Source: Candidatus Micrarchaeota archaeon (GTDB lineage Archaea; Micrarchaeota; Micrarchaeia; Micrarchaeales; CABMGC01). Taken from it: a stretch of 64,000 nucleotides of DNA. The DNA is taken from NCBI GenBank assembly GCA_027328425.1, contig DAHVUT010000017.1, forward strand, positions 1,777 to 65,776, given 5' to 3'. This document shows positions 53,636-63,569 of this stretch, one piece after another. The position numbers and the translations under genes are program-made. The notes below the pieces were generated by a model that did no database searches, had not been told where the DNA came from, and worked only from the letters and a program-made list of their open reading frames with translations. Within the stretch, counting starts at the first letter, position 1. Each line of letters starts with the position of its first letter.

Positions 53636-54703
53636 CTAGCCGAACATCTCATCGAGGTCGGCCGCCCCTTCCGTCTTGGCCTGCGCCCTCGCCTCCTCTG
53701 CTGCGTAGTTGGCATACTCCACGCCCCCCATGACAACCATAACCTTGAGCGCGCTCTTCTGCATGCTCGGCTCTATCCTCGCTCCCCACTTCAGCATCGC
53801 CTCGTCGCTGATCCTGCTCGACACTTCCTGAAATATAGTCTCCGCCTCGTGCAGCGTTAGGTCCTGCCCGCCTATTATGTTGACAAGCGCCTTCTTCGCC
53901 GTTGTGAGGTCCACGTCAAGCAGCGGGCTCTTCAGCGTGTTCTCCACAGCTATCACCGCCCTGTCCTTGCTCTGCATGCCGTTGCTCTCGCCCACACCTA
54001 TCACAGCGTAGCCCGAGTCCTTTAGCACGCTCTTCAGGTCAGCGAAGTCTATGTTCACCATGCCCGGCTTAGTTACCATTTCCACTATGCCCTTGGCCGC
54101 GCTTGCGAGCACCTCGTCGCTGACCTTGAACGCCATGTTGAGCGGCAGATCCGGAGCTATGTTGAGCAACTTATCATTCGGTATTATTATCGTAGTGTCG
54201 GTGGCGCGCTTCAGTTTCTGCAGGCCCTCCAGTGCAACGCGCATCCGCGCCCTCCCTTCCGTGGAGAAAGGGAGTGTGACTATTCCTACAGTAAGCGCGC
54301 CAGTTTCCTTGGCCTCATGCGCTATTATAGGCGCAGAGCCTGTGCCTGTGCCGCCGCCAAGTCCGCACGTGACGAAGACAAGCTGCGCATCGCCTATGGC
54401 GTGCCTTATCTCATCTTTGGTCTCGTGGGCCGCTTCCTCACCTACCCTTGGGTCGCTGCCGGCTCCAAGACCACGGGTAGTCTTCTTCCCTATGAGTAGC
54501 TTGCGCTGGGACCTAGTGCGCAGCAGGTGTTGCGCATCCGTGTTTGCGGCTATGAGCGTCGCACCTTCTATGTTAGACTCTGCCATCCTTGTTACAGTGT
54601 TGGAACCGCTGCCGCCCGCGCCGACTATGTATATCTTCGGCTTTGATGACTCTATGAACTTCAAAAGTTCTTCATCGTCCTGCGAAACAAACTCCTCTGC
54701 CAT
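53636..54703 (-). CDS. ftsZ: Cell division protein FtsZ
   Basis: GAGGSGSNTV and the tubulin signature GGGTGTGSAPIIA. Confidence 0.9.
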   Translation of the reverse strand: MAEEFVSQDDEELLKFIESSKPKIYIVGAGGSGSNTVTRMAESNIEGATLIAANTDAQHLLRTRSQRKLLIGKKTTRGLGAGSDPRVGEEAAHETKDEIRHAIGDAQLVFVTCGLGGGTGTGSAPIIAHEAKETGALTVGIVTLPFSTEGRARMRVALEGLQKLKRATDTTIIIPNDKLLNIAPDLPLNMAFKVSDEVLASAAKGIVEMVTKPGMVNIDFADLKSVLKDSGYAVIGVGESNGMQSKDRAVIAVENTLKSPLLDVDLTTAKKALVNIIGGQDLTLHEAETIFQEVSSRISDEAMLKWGARIEPSMQKSALKVMVVMGGVEYANYAAEEARAQAKTEGAADLDEMFG

Positions 54704-54781
54704 CGAAATTCCCTGTCGCCTGTTCTCTATGTGCAAGAAAGATTAAAAGACATTTGCGCTGGATGCGAGGGCCCGGGAGGC

Positions 54782-56245
54782 TCAAGCGGCGCTCCAGAAC
54801 CACGGCAGTATGTTGAGCAGTATCGACACTACCACGAGCGCCGCGAGCGCATTGAGCACTCGCTTGCTCCTTATGCTGTTCTTGTAGATGCGCCAGCCGT
54901 CGAAGAACGGAAGCGGCAGCAGGTTGAAGATCGCCACAAAAAAGTTTAGGCCGAAGGATAGCACAAATATAGCGAAGAAGAAATTGGCTGCCTGGTAGCC
55001 TGCGGTCTGCACAGCTGGCGCGGTGAGTATGCCGAGCTCGCCCGTGCTTTCCGGGACTATGCCTATCGTGCCATTGCTCGTCCGCAGCGTTACATGCGTG
55101 CCCGCCACATACGCTGCCTCTACGTTGGCGAGGTCGTACGAGTTGGCTATGCTAGCGTTGTTCCAGCCCGTAATCACTGTACCGTTGGGTATGATGCCGT
55201 ATGCGGGATAGCCCTTCACCGTGTGCGTGACGAGCACGCCACCAGTGCTTATGCCCGGGAACACAAAATAGATGGTTGCCAGGGTGAGGACAAAGAAAAA
55301 CAGGCACGTGAGCATGTTTGCCGATACGCCGGCTACGGAGATGCGGTCCTGTGCCTGCTTGCCCAGCTTCCCGACCTGCTTTTCGTCAGGCTCTACGAAG
55401 GCGCCCAGGGGCACTATGCCAAAAAGTATCGCCCCTATTGACTTTATCCTTATCCTGGCTATCTTAGCTAGGACGCCGTGCGAGAACTCGTGCACCACGA
55501 GCAGCAGTATCAGCGTCACCAGCCCCGCAAAGAGCGGTATCGTCAGGCCCGGTATGAGCGGCGCAACCCCAGGCACCTGGCTCGTTAGCAGCGCCGGATT
55601 CGGATGTTGCGTCAGCAGACCAAAAACAAACAGGAGCGTTTCGTAGAGTATGGATACACCGCTGTAGAATATCAGGAATATTGTTGCGGCGCTGAACCCA
55701 CCTAGCACGCTGAGGAGCACGAGCACGTAAAAAAGAATGCTGGGCCCCGCACTCGCCGAGGCGGCAGAGATGTGCGACGTTATCTGCGGTATGCTGATGA
55801 AGTCAAGCACGAGCGACAGGTATGGGAAGACAAACACGAGTATAAGAATTATGCTTATAATGCCCACAAGTATTGCCTTCTTACTCAGCCTGTTCCTGAA
55901 CATGAGCAACGATGCTGCGCCGAAGCTGAATGCGAGCCCCCAGTCTGCAAAAGCGAGCCACGCGCCCTGCCACCGCTTCGAAAGCAACTCTATCGCCTTT
56001 ATGCCGCGCTTGCCGCCGAGCATGTATGCACCATACGAGTCCTTTACGCCGTTCGCCCTGGCTATCAGCCTGCCCGAAACAGCGAGCACGAACAGGGCAG
56101 CCAACACCCTGACCACCACGTCTCCGTTGTAAAGCACAAGGAATGCAAGCACTAGAACCGACACCGCGGCCACTGATACTGTCACCGCAGTCCTCTGGGC
56201 CATATCATGCCTGCCCGTTTTCTTGGCATCTCCGCCCCTTGCCAT
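54782..56245 (-). CDS. Site-2 protease family (M50) membrane metalloprotease
   Basis: HEFSHG zinc motif in a polytopic membrane protein with an internal soluble (PDZ-like) insert. Confidence 0.75.
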   Translation of the reverse strand: MARGGDAKKTGRHDMAQRTAVTVSVAAVSVLVLAFLVLYNGDVVVRVLAALFVLAVSGRLIARANGVKDSYGAYMLGGKRGIKAIELLSKRWQGAWLAFADWGLAFSFGAASLLMFRNRLSKKAILVGIISIILILVFVFPYLSLVLDFISIPQITSHISAASASAGPSILFYVLVLLSVLGGFSAATIFLIFYSGVSILYETLLFVFGLLTQHPNPALLTSQVPGVAPLIPGLTIPLFAGLVTLILLLVVHEFSHGVLAKIARIRIKSIGAILFGIVPLGAFVEPDEKQVGKLGKQAQDRISVAGVSANMLTCLFFFVLTLATIYFVFPGISTGGVLVTHTVKGYPAYGIIPNGTVITGWNNASIANSYDLANVEAAYVAGTHVTLRTSNGTIGIVPESTGELGILTAPAVQTAGYQAANFFFAIFVLSFGLNFFVAIFNLLPLPFFDGWRIYKNSIRSKRVLNALAALVVVSILLNILPWFWSAA

Positions 56246-56296
56246 AACATCACATTTTTATCTTAGCTCAAATATATTAGGCTAGGTGTGTTGGGA

Positions 56297-56770
56297 ATGC
56301 ACGAATGCGAGATTTGCGGCAAGCGTGCCGAAACTGTTTACGAGATAGATTTCGAGGGCGTGCGGACGCTGGCCTGCGAGAAGTGTGCGAAGGGCAGGCA
56401 GGTCATGGGCGTACTCGGGCAAAAGAAACAACCTGAAGCTCGGGGCGACAAGCGGGCGGTTCAGCAGGCGTATGAGGCGGTGAGCGAGGAGCTGGCCGAT
56501 AACTATGGTGAGCTCATCAGGAATGCAAGGGAACGCATGTCACTTCCGCTGAAGGTGCTTGCCGAGCGCATAAGTGAAAAGGAGAGCACGCTCGCCAGGG
56601 TTGAGAAGCAGGAAACATTGCCCAGCGAGAAGACGAGGAAGAAGCTGGAGAAGGAGCTTGGGATAAGGCTAATAGTTAAGGTGCCCGCAAGCCCCAGGCA
56701 GCCGCAGCACGAACAAGACAAAATAACGCTGGGAGACATGATAAAGCCAAATAAGGGCGGGGACGAGTGA
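56297..56770 (+). CDS. mbf1: Archaeal multiprotein-bridging factor 1 (Zn-ribbon + HTH)
   Basis: CEICGK...CEKC followed by a Cro/C1-type HTH (LIRNARERMSLPLKVLAERISEKESTLARVE). Confidence 0.75.
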   Translation: MHECEICGKRAETVYEIDFEGVRTLACEKCAKGRQVMGVLGQKKQPEARGDKRAVQQAYEAVSEELADNYGELIRNARERMSLPLKVLAERISEKESTLARVEKQETLPSEKTRKKLEKELGIRLIVKVPASPRQPQHEQDKITLGDMIKPNKGGDE

Positions 56771-57829
56771 GTGGCAGTCGAGCTCGGACCGCTTGTCACT
56801 GGCGTTAAGGAGGAAATATCTTTCGACCAGCTTGCAAACAGGGTCATTGCCGTAGACGCGTACAACACCATTTATCAGTTCCTCTCGATAATCAGGGGAC
56901 CCGATGGTATGCCGCTCAGGGACCAGAACGGCGCCACAACGAGCCACCTGTCCGGACTTTTCTACCGCACCATAAGCCTGCTGGAGCACAAAATAACGCC
57001 AGTCTTCGTATTCGACGGCATGCCGCCCGCGCTCAAGCAGCGCACTCTTGAGGCGCGCATGCACAGGCGCGAGATTGCTGCAAAGGAATGGAGCGATGCA
57101 CTCAAGAAGGGAATGATGGAGGAGGCGAGGCAGCACGCAATGGCAAGCACAAGGATAAACAAGGAGATAGTGGAGAGTTCCAAGAGGCTGCTCGACCTCA
57201 TGGGCATGGCGCACATACAGGCGCCGAGCGAGGGCGAAGCTGAGGCGTCGCACCTCGCTTCGGATGGGCTCGTCTACGCGAGCGCCAGCCAGGACTACGA
57301 TCTTTTCCTCTTCGGCTCGCCTATAGCCGTGAGGAACCTTACAATAACAGGCAGGCGCAAACTACCTAGGAAGAATGTGTTCGTGGACGTACACCCGGAG
57401 CGCATAGAGCTGAAGAGGCTGCTCGCCAGCCTGGGCATAACGCACGAGCAGCTGGTGTGGCTAGGCATGCTCGTAGGCACAGACTTCAACGAGGGCGTGC
57501 CCGGCGTGGGGGCCAAAACGGCGCTGAAGATAGTCAGGGAGAAGAAAACGTTGCGCGAAGTGGTGAGCGCGGCAGAAGCCAAGTACGGCGCATCGTTCGA
57601 GGCAGATCCGGAGGAGATAGAATCCATTTTCCTGAACCCTGAAGTCAGGGAGATTGAGCAGGGTGAGTTCAACTCGCTACTCAAGAATGCAAAGCCGGAC
57701 AAGGAGGCACTTCTAAGATTCATGTGCGACGAGCACGGCTTCTCCAAGGAAAGGGTCGTGAAGTTTGCAGACACGTTGGTAAGCTATAAATCTGCTGCTG
57801 GACAGAAGGGAATAGGAACGTGGGTATAG
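56771..57829 (+). CDS. fen: Flap endonuclease 1
   Basis: VIAVDAYNTIYQFL, FVFDG, APSEGEAEASHL and QDYDLFLFG motifs. GTG start. Confidence 0.9.
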   Translation: MAVELGPLVTGVKEEISFDQLANRVIAVDAYNTIYQFLSIIRGPDGMPLRDQNGATTSHLSGLFYRTISLLEHKITPVFVFDGMPPALKQRTLEARMHRREIAAKEWSDALKKGMMEEARQHAMASTRINKEIVESSKRLLDLMGMAHIQAPSEGEAEASHLASDGLVYASASQDYDLFLFGSPIAVRNLTITGRRKLPRKNVFVDVHPERIELKRLLASLGITHEQLVWLGMLVGTDFNEGVPGVGAKTALKIVREKKTLREVVSAAEAKYGASFEADPEEIESIFLNPEVREIEQGEFNSLLKNAKPDKEALLRFMCDEHGFSKERVVKFADTLVSYKSAAGQKGIGTWV

Positions 57830-57848
57830 CCCAATGCAGGCTGCATAG

Positions 57849-58427
57849 TCAGGCTATGCTGCTGTACATCTTGTCGTTGAACTCGTAGGCCGTTATGTTG
57901 GTGTCCTCGGCAAAGCCCATGGCTGCAAGCAGCTCCTGCTTGCTTCCGAACTCCTGCAACCCGCTGCCCGACCTCATGAGGAGCAGTTTGCTGTGGAATT
58001 CGCAGTATGCCGCAGACTCGCTTGCTGCGTCCTTCACCACTGTTATTATCTTGGCTGAGATATTACCCAGGCCTATTAGCATACTGCAGAGCAGCACTGT
58101 CTTGTCGAATACGTCCCCCGCGCCCATACGTATGACTTCACTTGGCATAAGCCAGAACTGCACAGGCGCGGAAATGCTCGACACGGACGTGTCGATGTAT
58201 GCCTGCGCCTTCATCGCTGCATCGTAGAAGTTGTCGTTGAATGAATACGAAGCGAAGCTGCTCTTTATGTTGTTGACAACAGCCAGCACAGCATCGTCCT
58301 GCGGCGTCACCAACCTTGGGAGCTCCGCCACGTATAGCATCTCACCCTTCTCTATCTCCTCCTTATAGCGCATCAGCATCTCTAGGTACAGCGTGTTGTA
58401 CTTCTTCAGCAGGTCGTCGTCCTCCAT
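57849..58427 (-). CDS. Hypothetical protein (possibly transglutaminase-fold-like)
   Basis: 192 aa ATG ORF. The GAGDVFDKTVLLCSMLIGLG segment resembles transglutaminase-like cores only weakly. Confidence 0.4.
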   Translation of the reverse strand: MEDDDLLKKYNTLYLEMLMRYKEEIEKGEMLYVAELPRLVTPQDDAVLAVVNNIKSSFASYSFNDNFYDAAMKAQAYIDTSVSSISAPVQFWLMPSEVIRMGAGDVFDKTVLLCSMLIGLGNISAKIITVVKDAASESAAYCEFHSKLLLMRSGSGLQEFGSKQELLAAMGFAEDTNITAYEFNDKMYSSIA

Positions 58428-58711
58428 GCTCTGATTCTAATAATATATTAGACTACATAATCTCTTAGCTTTTTTCTCCGGCATCTTGCCCAAACATATA
58501 AGGGAGAAAAGCGCGCCCGAGACAACGACTATCATCAGTGTGGCCCAGCCGTAGGCCATGGGGTATTCCATCACAGACCGTGTCATGAACAAATATTAAT
58601 TTTCTGAAAACCCGGTTATAGACCACGCTGCTTCCGCACACCTTTACTGGGTTTGCTTTGCCCGCTATACAAATATTAAATAAGCTTAAATGACGCAAAA
58701 CAGACCGATTC

Positions 58712-60013
58712 ATGATGTACATCAACGAAGCAGTGAGGGAGGCAGGCAAAACAGTCAAGCTTGCGGGCTGGGTGCACAGAAAAAGGGAAAGCGGCGGCAT
58801 AGCATTCATCATAATAAGGGACAGGACAGGCGTACTGCAGGTGGCCGTTAAGAAGAACAACGTAGATACGCATTCTTGGGAGGCTGCCGAGAACACAACG
58901 ATAGAGTCAAGCGTGAAGGTGGAGGGCGTTGTTAGGAAGGACCAGAGGGCTCCAACGGGCTATGAGCTCGAAGCCGCGACTTTCGAAAATGTGCAGATTT
59001 CCGAGCCCTATCCGATAACAGAATACCAGAGCACGGAGCTGCTGCTCGACAAGCGACACCTCTGGCTGAGGAGCAGGAAGATGACTGGCGTGATGGTCGC
59101 CAGAGCACACATATTCAAGTACGCACGCGAGTTCCTCGATGGCGAGGGCTTTTTTGAAGTCACGCCGCCTACGATAACGCTCGCTGGAGGGGAGACGGGC
59201 TCCAACCTCTTCGAGGTGTCGTACTACGACAAGAAGGCTTACTTAACAGAATCGTCGCAGCTCTACGCCGAGGCGATGGTGCCCGTGCTGGAGAAGATAT
59301 ACAGCCTGGTGCCAGCCTACAGGGCGGAGAAGTCGAGGACCACGAAGCACCTAGCCGAGCTCTGGATGCTCGAGCCCGAGATGGCGTACTTCGACAGCGA
59401 GCAGAGCATGAAGCTGCAGGAGAGCATGATAAGCCACATAGCCAGCAGGTTTGTGAAGAACGACGGCGACATAATAGAGCTGCTCGAGCTTGACAGGAAG
59501 GAGCTTGCGGACGTCAAGCCGCCCTTCAAGCGCATAAGCTACGAGAAGGCGATAGAGTTGCTCAACGGCAAGGGCGCGAAGCTAAAATGGGGTGATGATT
59601 TCGGAATGAAGGAGGAGATGCTGCTTACCGAAGACGAGAAGAAGCCTGTCTTCGTTACCGACTGGGCCAAGGAGATAAAGGCGTTCTATGCATACGTGAA
59701 CCCCGATGACCCGCGCACAGTGCTCTCCGATGACATGCAGGCCCCACACGGCCACGGGGAGATAATAGGCGGTACGCAACGTGAGTGGCGCTTGGATAAG
59801 CTTACAGAGCGCATGAGGGAAGTAGAGGAGGGCACGGGCGTTAGGTTCAACATGGACAACTACGAGTGGTGGCTCGATCTCAGGCGCTACGGGTCGGTAC
59901 CCCACTCTGGCTTCGGCATGGGCATGGAGCGCGTGATAAAATGGTTGCTGAACCTTGACCACATCCGCGACGCGATACCGTTCCCGAGGATGAGCAACAG
60001 GCTCTACCCGTAG
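58712..60013 (+). CDS. asnS: Asparaginyl-tRNA synthetase (class IIb)
   Basis: YLTESSQLYAE, AYRAEKSRTTKHLAELWMLEPEMAY and GFGMGMERVIKWL motifs. Confidence 0.75.
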   Translation: MMYINEAVREAGKTVKLAGWVHRKRESGGIAFIIIRDRTGVLQVAVKKNNVDTHSWEAAENTTIESSVKVEGVVRKDQRAPTGYELEAATFENVQISEPYPITEYQSTELLLDKRHLWLRSRKMTGVMVARAHIFKYAREFLDGEGFFEVTPPTITLAGGETGSNLFEVSYYDKKAYLTESSQLYAEAMVPVLEKIYSLVPAYRAEKSRTTKHLAELWMLEPEMAYFDSEQSMKLQESMISHIASRFVKNDGDIIELLELDRKELADVKPPFKRISYEKAIELLNGKGAKLKWGDDFGMKEEMLLTEDEKKPVFVTDWAKEIKAFYAYVNPDDPRTVLSDDMQAPHGHGEIIGGTQREWRLDKLTERMREVEEGTGVRFNMDNYEWWLDLRRYGSVPHSGFGMGMERVIKWLLNLDHIRDAIPFPRMSNRLYP

Positions 60014-60022
60014 GGGGATTGA

Positions 60023-61336
60023 ATGCTAAGAGTAACTTACATAAGAGACGCCGCGGCCGAGCCAGGAAGCAGGCTCAGGATAGGGGGCAGGGTGATCAGG
60101 ATAAGTGAGGTCAAGATAGGCAGGTTTATCTGGGTACGCGACATCACAGGCACGATCCAGATAACAGCAATAAGGGAGAGGATTCCGGAGCGCGTGATGG
60201 ATGCCGCCAGCTCTCTCGCGCCCAACGACTTCATCGTGGTGGATGGCACTGTTCCGGAAAACAGGGAGAGCAAGCAGCACCAGGAACTCATCCCGAGCAG
60301 CATAGAGATAGTGGGCAAGGCGCTTGAGCCATCGCCGATAGACATAGAGGGGCACACGGAGAGCAGCTTCGACAAGAGGCTCGACTGGCGCGCACTTGAC
60401 CTTAGGAACCAGTCGCAGACTGCCATATTCCTCGTGGAATCGGCGGTGCTCGAAGGGATGCACAAGTATCTTTCGTCGCACGGTTTCATGCAGGTCTTCA
60501 CACCCAGCCTCATGGGAATGCCCTCGGAGGGAGGCTCCGAGGTATTCTCGCTGCAGCACTTCGGCAAGACAGCTTACCTGAGGCAGGACCCCCAGCTGCA
60601 CAGGCAACTGCTGATGCTCGCAGGCTTCGAGAAGATATACGAGGTGGGGCCGAGCTGGCGGGCAGAGCAGAGCAACACGCCGAGGCACCTGACGGAGCAC
60701 AGGACATGCGCTGCAGAACTCTCGTTCATAAAGGACGAGCGCGACGTGATGAAAGCGGAGCAGAACGTCGCTGTAGCTGTGGTGAAGAACGTGATAAAGA
60801 GATGCAGCGGGGAGCTGAAGACCCTCGGGGTCGAGCTCAAGGCTCCGAAGGCACCGTTCCCCGTGCTGAAGTTCCCGAAGATATACGAGATACTGGATGA
60901 GCTTGGAATAAAAGTAGAGAGAGGCAGGGATTACGACAGGAGCGGAGAGGAGGCACTGGGCAGGTACGTCAAGGAGAAGTACAGCAGCGACTTCTTTTTC
61001 GTGGACAGGTTCCCGTTCGCTGTCAAGCCATTCTACGTGATGAAAGTCGACGGGAGCCCGCAGTGGGCGAGGAGCATAGACCTCATCTACAAAGGCCTGG
61101 AGCTCAGCAGCGGAGGCCAGAGGGAGCATAGGTACGAGAAAATAATCAGCCAGATCGGAGAGAAGCAGCTCGATGCGGAGAAGCTCAGGTGGTTCACCGA
61201 CTTCTTCAAGTATGGCGCGCCGCCCCATGGCGGCTTCAGCATAGGCATAGAGCGGTTCACGGCACAGTTGCTGAACATCGAGAACATAAAGGAAACTACA
61301 GCGTTCCCGCGCACTCCGGACAGGCTCCTGCCCTAG
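60023..61336 (+). CDS. aspS: Aspartyl-tRNA synthetase (archaeal type)
   Basis: YLRQDPQLHRQLLM, WRAEQSNTPRHLTEH and GFSIGIERFTAQLL motifs. Confidence 0.85.
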   Translation: MLRVTYIRDAAAEPGSRLRIGGRVIRISEVKIGRFIWVRDITGTIQITAIRERIPERVMDAASSLAPNDFIVVDGTVPENRESKQHQELIPSSIEIVGKALEPSPIDIEGHTESSFDKRLDWRALDLRNQSQTAIFLVESAVLEGMHKYLSSHGFMQVFTPSLMGMPSEGGSEVFSLQHFGKTAYLRQDPQLHRQLLMLAGFEKIYEVGPSWRAEQSNTPRHLTEHRTCAAELSFIKDERDVMKAEQNVAVAVVKNVIKRCSGELKTLGVELKAPKAPFPVLKFPKIYEILDELGIKVERGRDYDRSGEEALGRYVKEKYSSDFFFVDRFPFAVKPFYVMKVDGSPQWARSIDLIYKGLELSSGGQREHRYEKIISQIGEKQLDAEKLRWFTDFFKYGAPPHGGFSIGIERFTAQLLNIENIKETTAFPRTPDRLLP

Positions 61337-61344
61337 CGCTTACA

Positions 61345-62067
61345 ATGAGGCAAGAGACCGCTTATACACACCTTATGAAGCTACAGGTAGCAGAGACGCG
61401 GCAAATGAAGATGTTCAAGCTGGACGGCGCCACGCACTCGGTAATCAACAAAAAGTCAGTGTACACCCATGGCTACTGGGATTACTTCATACCAATGGCG
61501 TATGCATATGATAGGCCCGGAGTGCTCATGATAGGCCTCGGCCTTGGCACCATCTCATACCAGCTGCACAGGCTGCTTGGAAGCAGTGTGAAGGTCGACG
61601 CAGTGGAAGTGGACAGGAAAGTGGCTGATCTCGCCAGGCGTAACGCGCCGGAGGCGGCGCCCGACAGGATCGTTATTGCGGACGGTTATGATTATGTTGC
61701 AAAAACAAAACGCAGGTATGACATTATTGCGCTGGACGCGTACTGGAGAAACGCCTCGGTGCCGGGCTGTTTTTTCAGGGAGAGCTTTGCGGAGAATGCG
61801 AGGAGGATACTGCATCAGAAGGGAATGCTGATGATAAATTACACTATGAGCCCGCAGGGCCTGATGCGCTGGTTCGGCTTCAAGCGCATGCTGAAAAGGC
61901 ATTTCAATACATACAAGGTCCTGACGAACCGTGCTGACGTCACCGTGCTGCTCTGCTCAAAAGGCATGGGCAAGGAGGAGTTGCTATCGCGCATCACAGG
62001 AAGGGCAAAGATAGGGAGCCGCATGAGAGTGCTTTTCGGCAGCTACAGGCAAATGAAAAAGCTTTGA
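61345..62067 (+). CDS. Class I SAM-dependent methyltransferase, spermidine-synthase-like
   Basis: LMIGLGLGTISYQL...VDAVEVD...YDIIALDAY. Confidence 0.55.
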   Translation: MRQETAYTHLMKLQVAETRQMKMFKLDGATHSVINKKSVYTHGYWDYFIPMAYAYDRPGVLMIGLGLGTISYQLHRLLGSSVKVDAVEVDRKVADLARRNAPEAAPDRIVIADGYDYVAKTKRRYDIIALDAYWRNASVPGCFFRESFAENARRILHQKGMLMINYTMSPQGLMRWFGFKRMLKRHFNTYKVLTNRADVTVLLCSKGMGKEELLSRITGRAKIGSRMRVLFGSYRQMKKL

Positions 62068-62339
62068 TCGGATGTGACATGCTCCCACCCATAAATGGTA
62101 TTGGCTTCCCGACGGCTCGCGTCTCCGCCCGTCGATATCTTCTCGCTTCACGGAGCCAGCTTCCTGAAGGAAGTCCTCCGGTCTTTCTACGAGCTTGACT
62201 TCCCCTCAGCCCAAGGGCAGGCATCTCTGCAAGGGTGCTGTGCGAGGAGAATACTCATGCATTTCTGCACCCCACCCGCGAACGGCGTTGTTTTTAGAAA
62301 CGCCGTCAGAGATAAAAAGGACTAAAGCGATAACATAAC

Positions 62340-63551
62340 ATGCTAATCTGCGTACTAGGGCGCCAGCCGGAGCTTGGAATCGCGGAACTCGAAGCGGTAG
62401 TGGGCCCAGAGCAGGTAATGCCAATAGGCGCGGAATACGCAATAATAAAAGACAGTTCCAAGATGCCGGCGCAGTGCGACCTTGGCGGAATCATAAAGAT
62501 GGCGGAAGTGATAGACACGGTGCCAACATACAAATGGAACAGGATCTCTGCGGCAGCCTTCGACAAGATAATTGACACCATAACTTCCAGGCAGAATGCA
62601 CAGGCGCACAAGCTAGTGCTCGGGGCGAGCCTGTACGGCATACGGGTCAGCCCGAAGGAGATGCTGCTATTCGAGTTTGCTGTCAAGAGGAAGCTGAAGG
62701 AGAAAGGGATACAGGCGAGAGTGGTGGCTGGCAAGGACTCTGTACTGAACAGCGCGCAGGTGATAAACAACGGACTGACCGGAGAGAACGGGTTCGAATT
62801 CCTGATAATCGTGGACAGGGGGAGAACGTACATAGCGAGGACTGTGTCGGTGCAGGATGTTGACAGCTACTCCAAACGCGACTACGACAGGCCCTCCAGG
62901 GATGCGTGGATAGGAATGCTGCCCCCAAAACTGGCCCAGATAATGCTCAACCTGGCTAAGGTTACGCCAAGCTCTAACGTGATAGACCCATTCTGCGGAA
63001 CGGGCGTGGTGCTCATGGAGGCTGCGCTGCGGCACTGCAAGGTCATGGGCATAGACATAAGGCCGGAGATGGTGTCCGCAACGAAGGCTAACCTCGACTG
63101 GCTCGCTAAGGAGTACCACATCGGCATATCATACAAGCTAGTGTGTGCCGACTCTACGAAATACGGATGGAAAAATGTGGAGCGCATCGTTTGCGAAACT
63201 TTCCTAGGACCAGCTCTGACGAAACTGCCGGACAGCGAGCGAATGAAAAAGATAGTCATTGACTGCAACTACGTTGCGAAAAAGTTCCTCGGCAATCTGC
63301 ACGGACAGCTCAGCGCAAACGCGCGCTGCTGCATCGCCGTGCCTGTCTGGAAATCGCAGCAGGGGCTCGTGCACCTGCCCGTTGTTGATGAGCTCACTGC
63401 CATGGGCTACACCAGGGTGTGTTTCTCCCATGTGCGCAACGACCAGCTTGTGTACAGGCGCCCAGACCAGGTGGTGGGAAGGGAACTGCTGGTGCTAGAG
63501 CTCGGCAAGAGCGTGACTCGGCTAGCGCATTTCAAAAACAAAAAAAGATAG
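62340..63551 (+). CDS. RNA (guanine-N2)-methyltransferase-like protein (UPF0020/Trm11-Trm14-like)
   Basis: VIDPFCGTGVVLMEAAL SAM motif in the C-terminal half, with an N-terminal ~170 aa RNA-binding-like domain. Confidence 0.55.
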   Translation: MLICVLGRQPELGIAELEAVVGPEQVMPIGAEYAIIKDSSKMPAQCDLGGIIKMAEVIDTVPTYKWNRISAAAFDKIIDTITSRQNAQAHKLVLGASLYGIRVSPKEMLLFEFAVKRKLKEKGIQARVVAGKDSVLNSAQVINNGLTGENGFEFLIIVDRGRTYIARTVSVQDVDSYSKRDYDRPSRDAWIGMLPPKLAQIMLNLAKVTPSSNVIDPFCGTGVVLMEAALRHCKVMGIDIRPEMVSATKANLDWLAKEYHIGISYKLVCADSTKYGWKNVERIVCETFLGPALTKLPDSERMKKIVIDCNYVAKKFLGNLHGQLSANARCCIAVPVWKSQQGLVHLPVVDELTAMGYTRVCFSHVRNDQLVYRRPDQVVGRELLVLELGKSVTRLAHFKNKKR

Positions 63552-63569
63552 AGAAGCAGCTTGCAACGT

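Noticed and set aside
58443-58572. Possible 43-aa single-TM ORF (MEYPMAYGWATLMIVVVSGALFSLICLGKMPEKKAK...) on the minus strand
   Set aside because: It is too short to support without homology or expression data. It is noted only as a candidate.
62068-62339. Intergenic region tested by eye as RNase P RNA (GAAGGAAGTCC resembling CR-I) or SRP RNA (ctgaaggaag / agcccaagggcaggc resembling helix-8 motifs)
   Set aside because: The GGAAGTC segment pairs locally with GACTTCC 25 nt away rather than forming a long-range P4. No other CR or Alu-domain motifs were found. The region is left as an unassigned structured element pending a covariance-model search.
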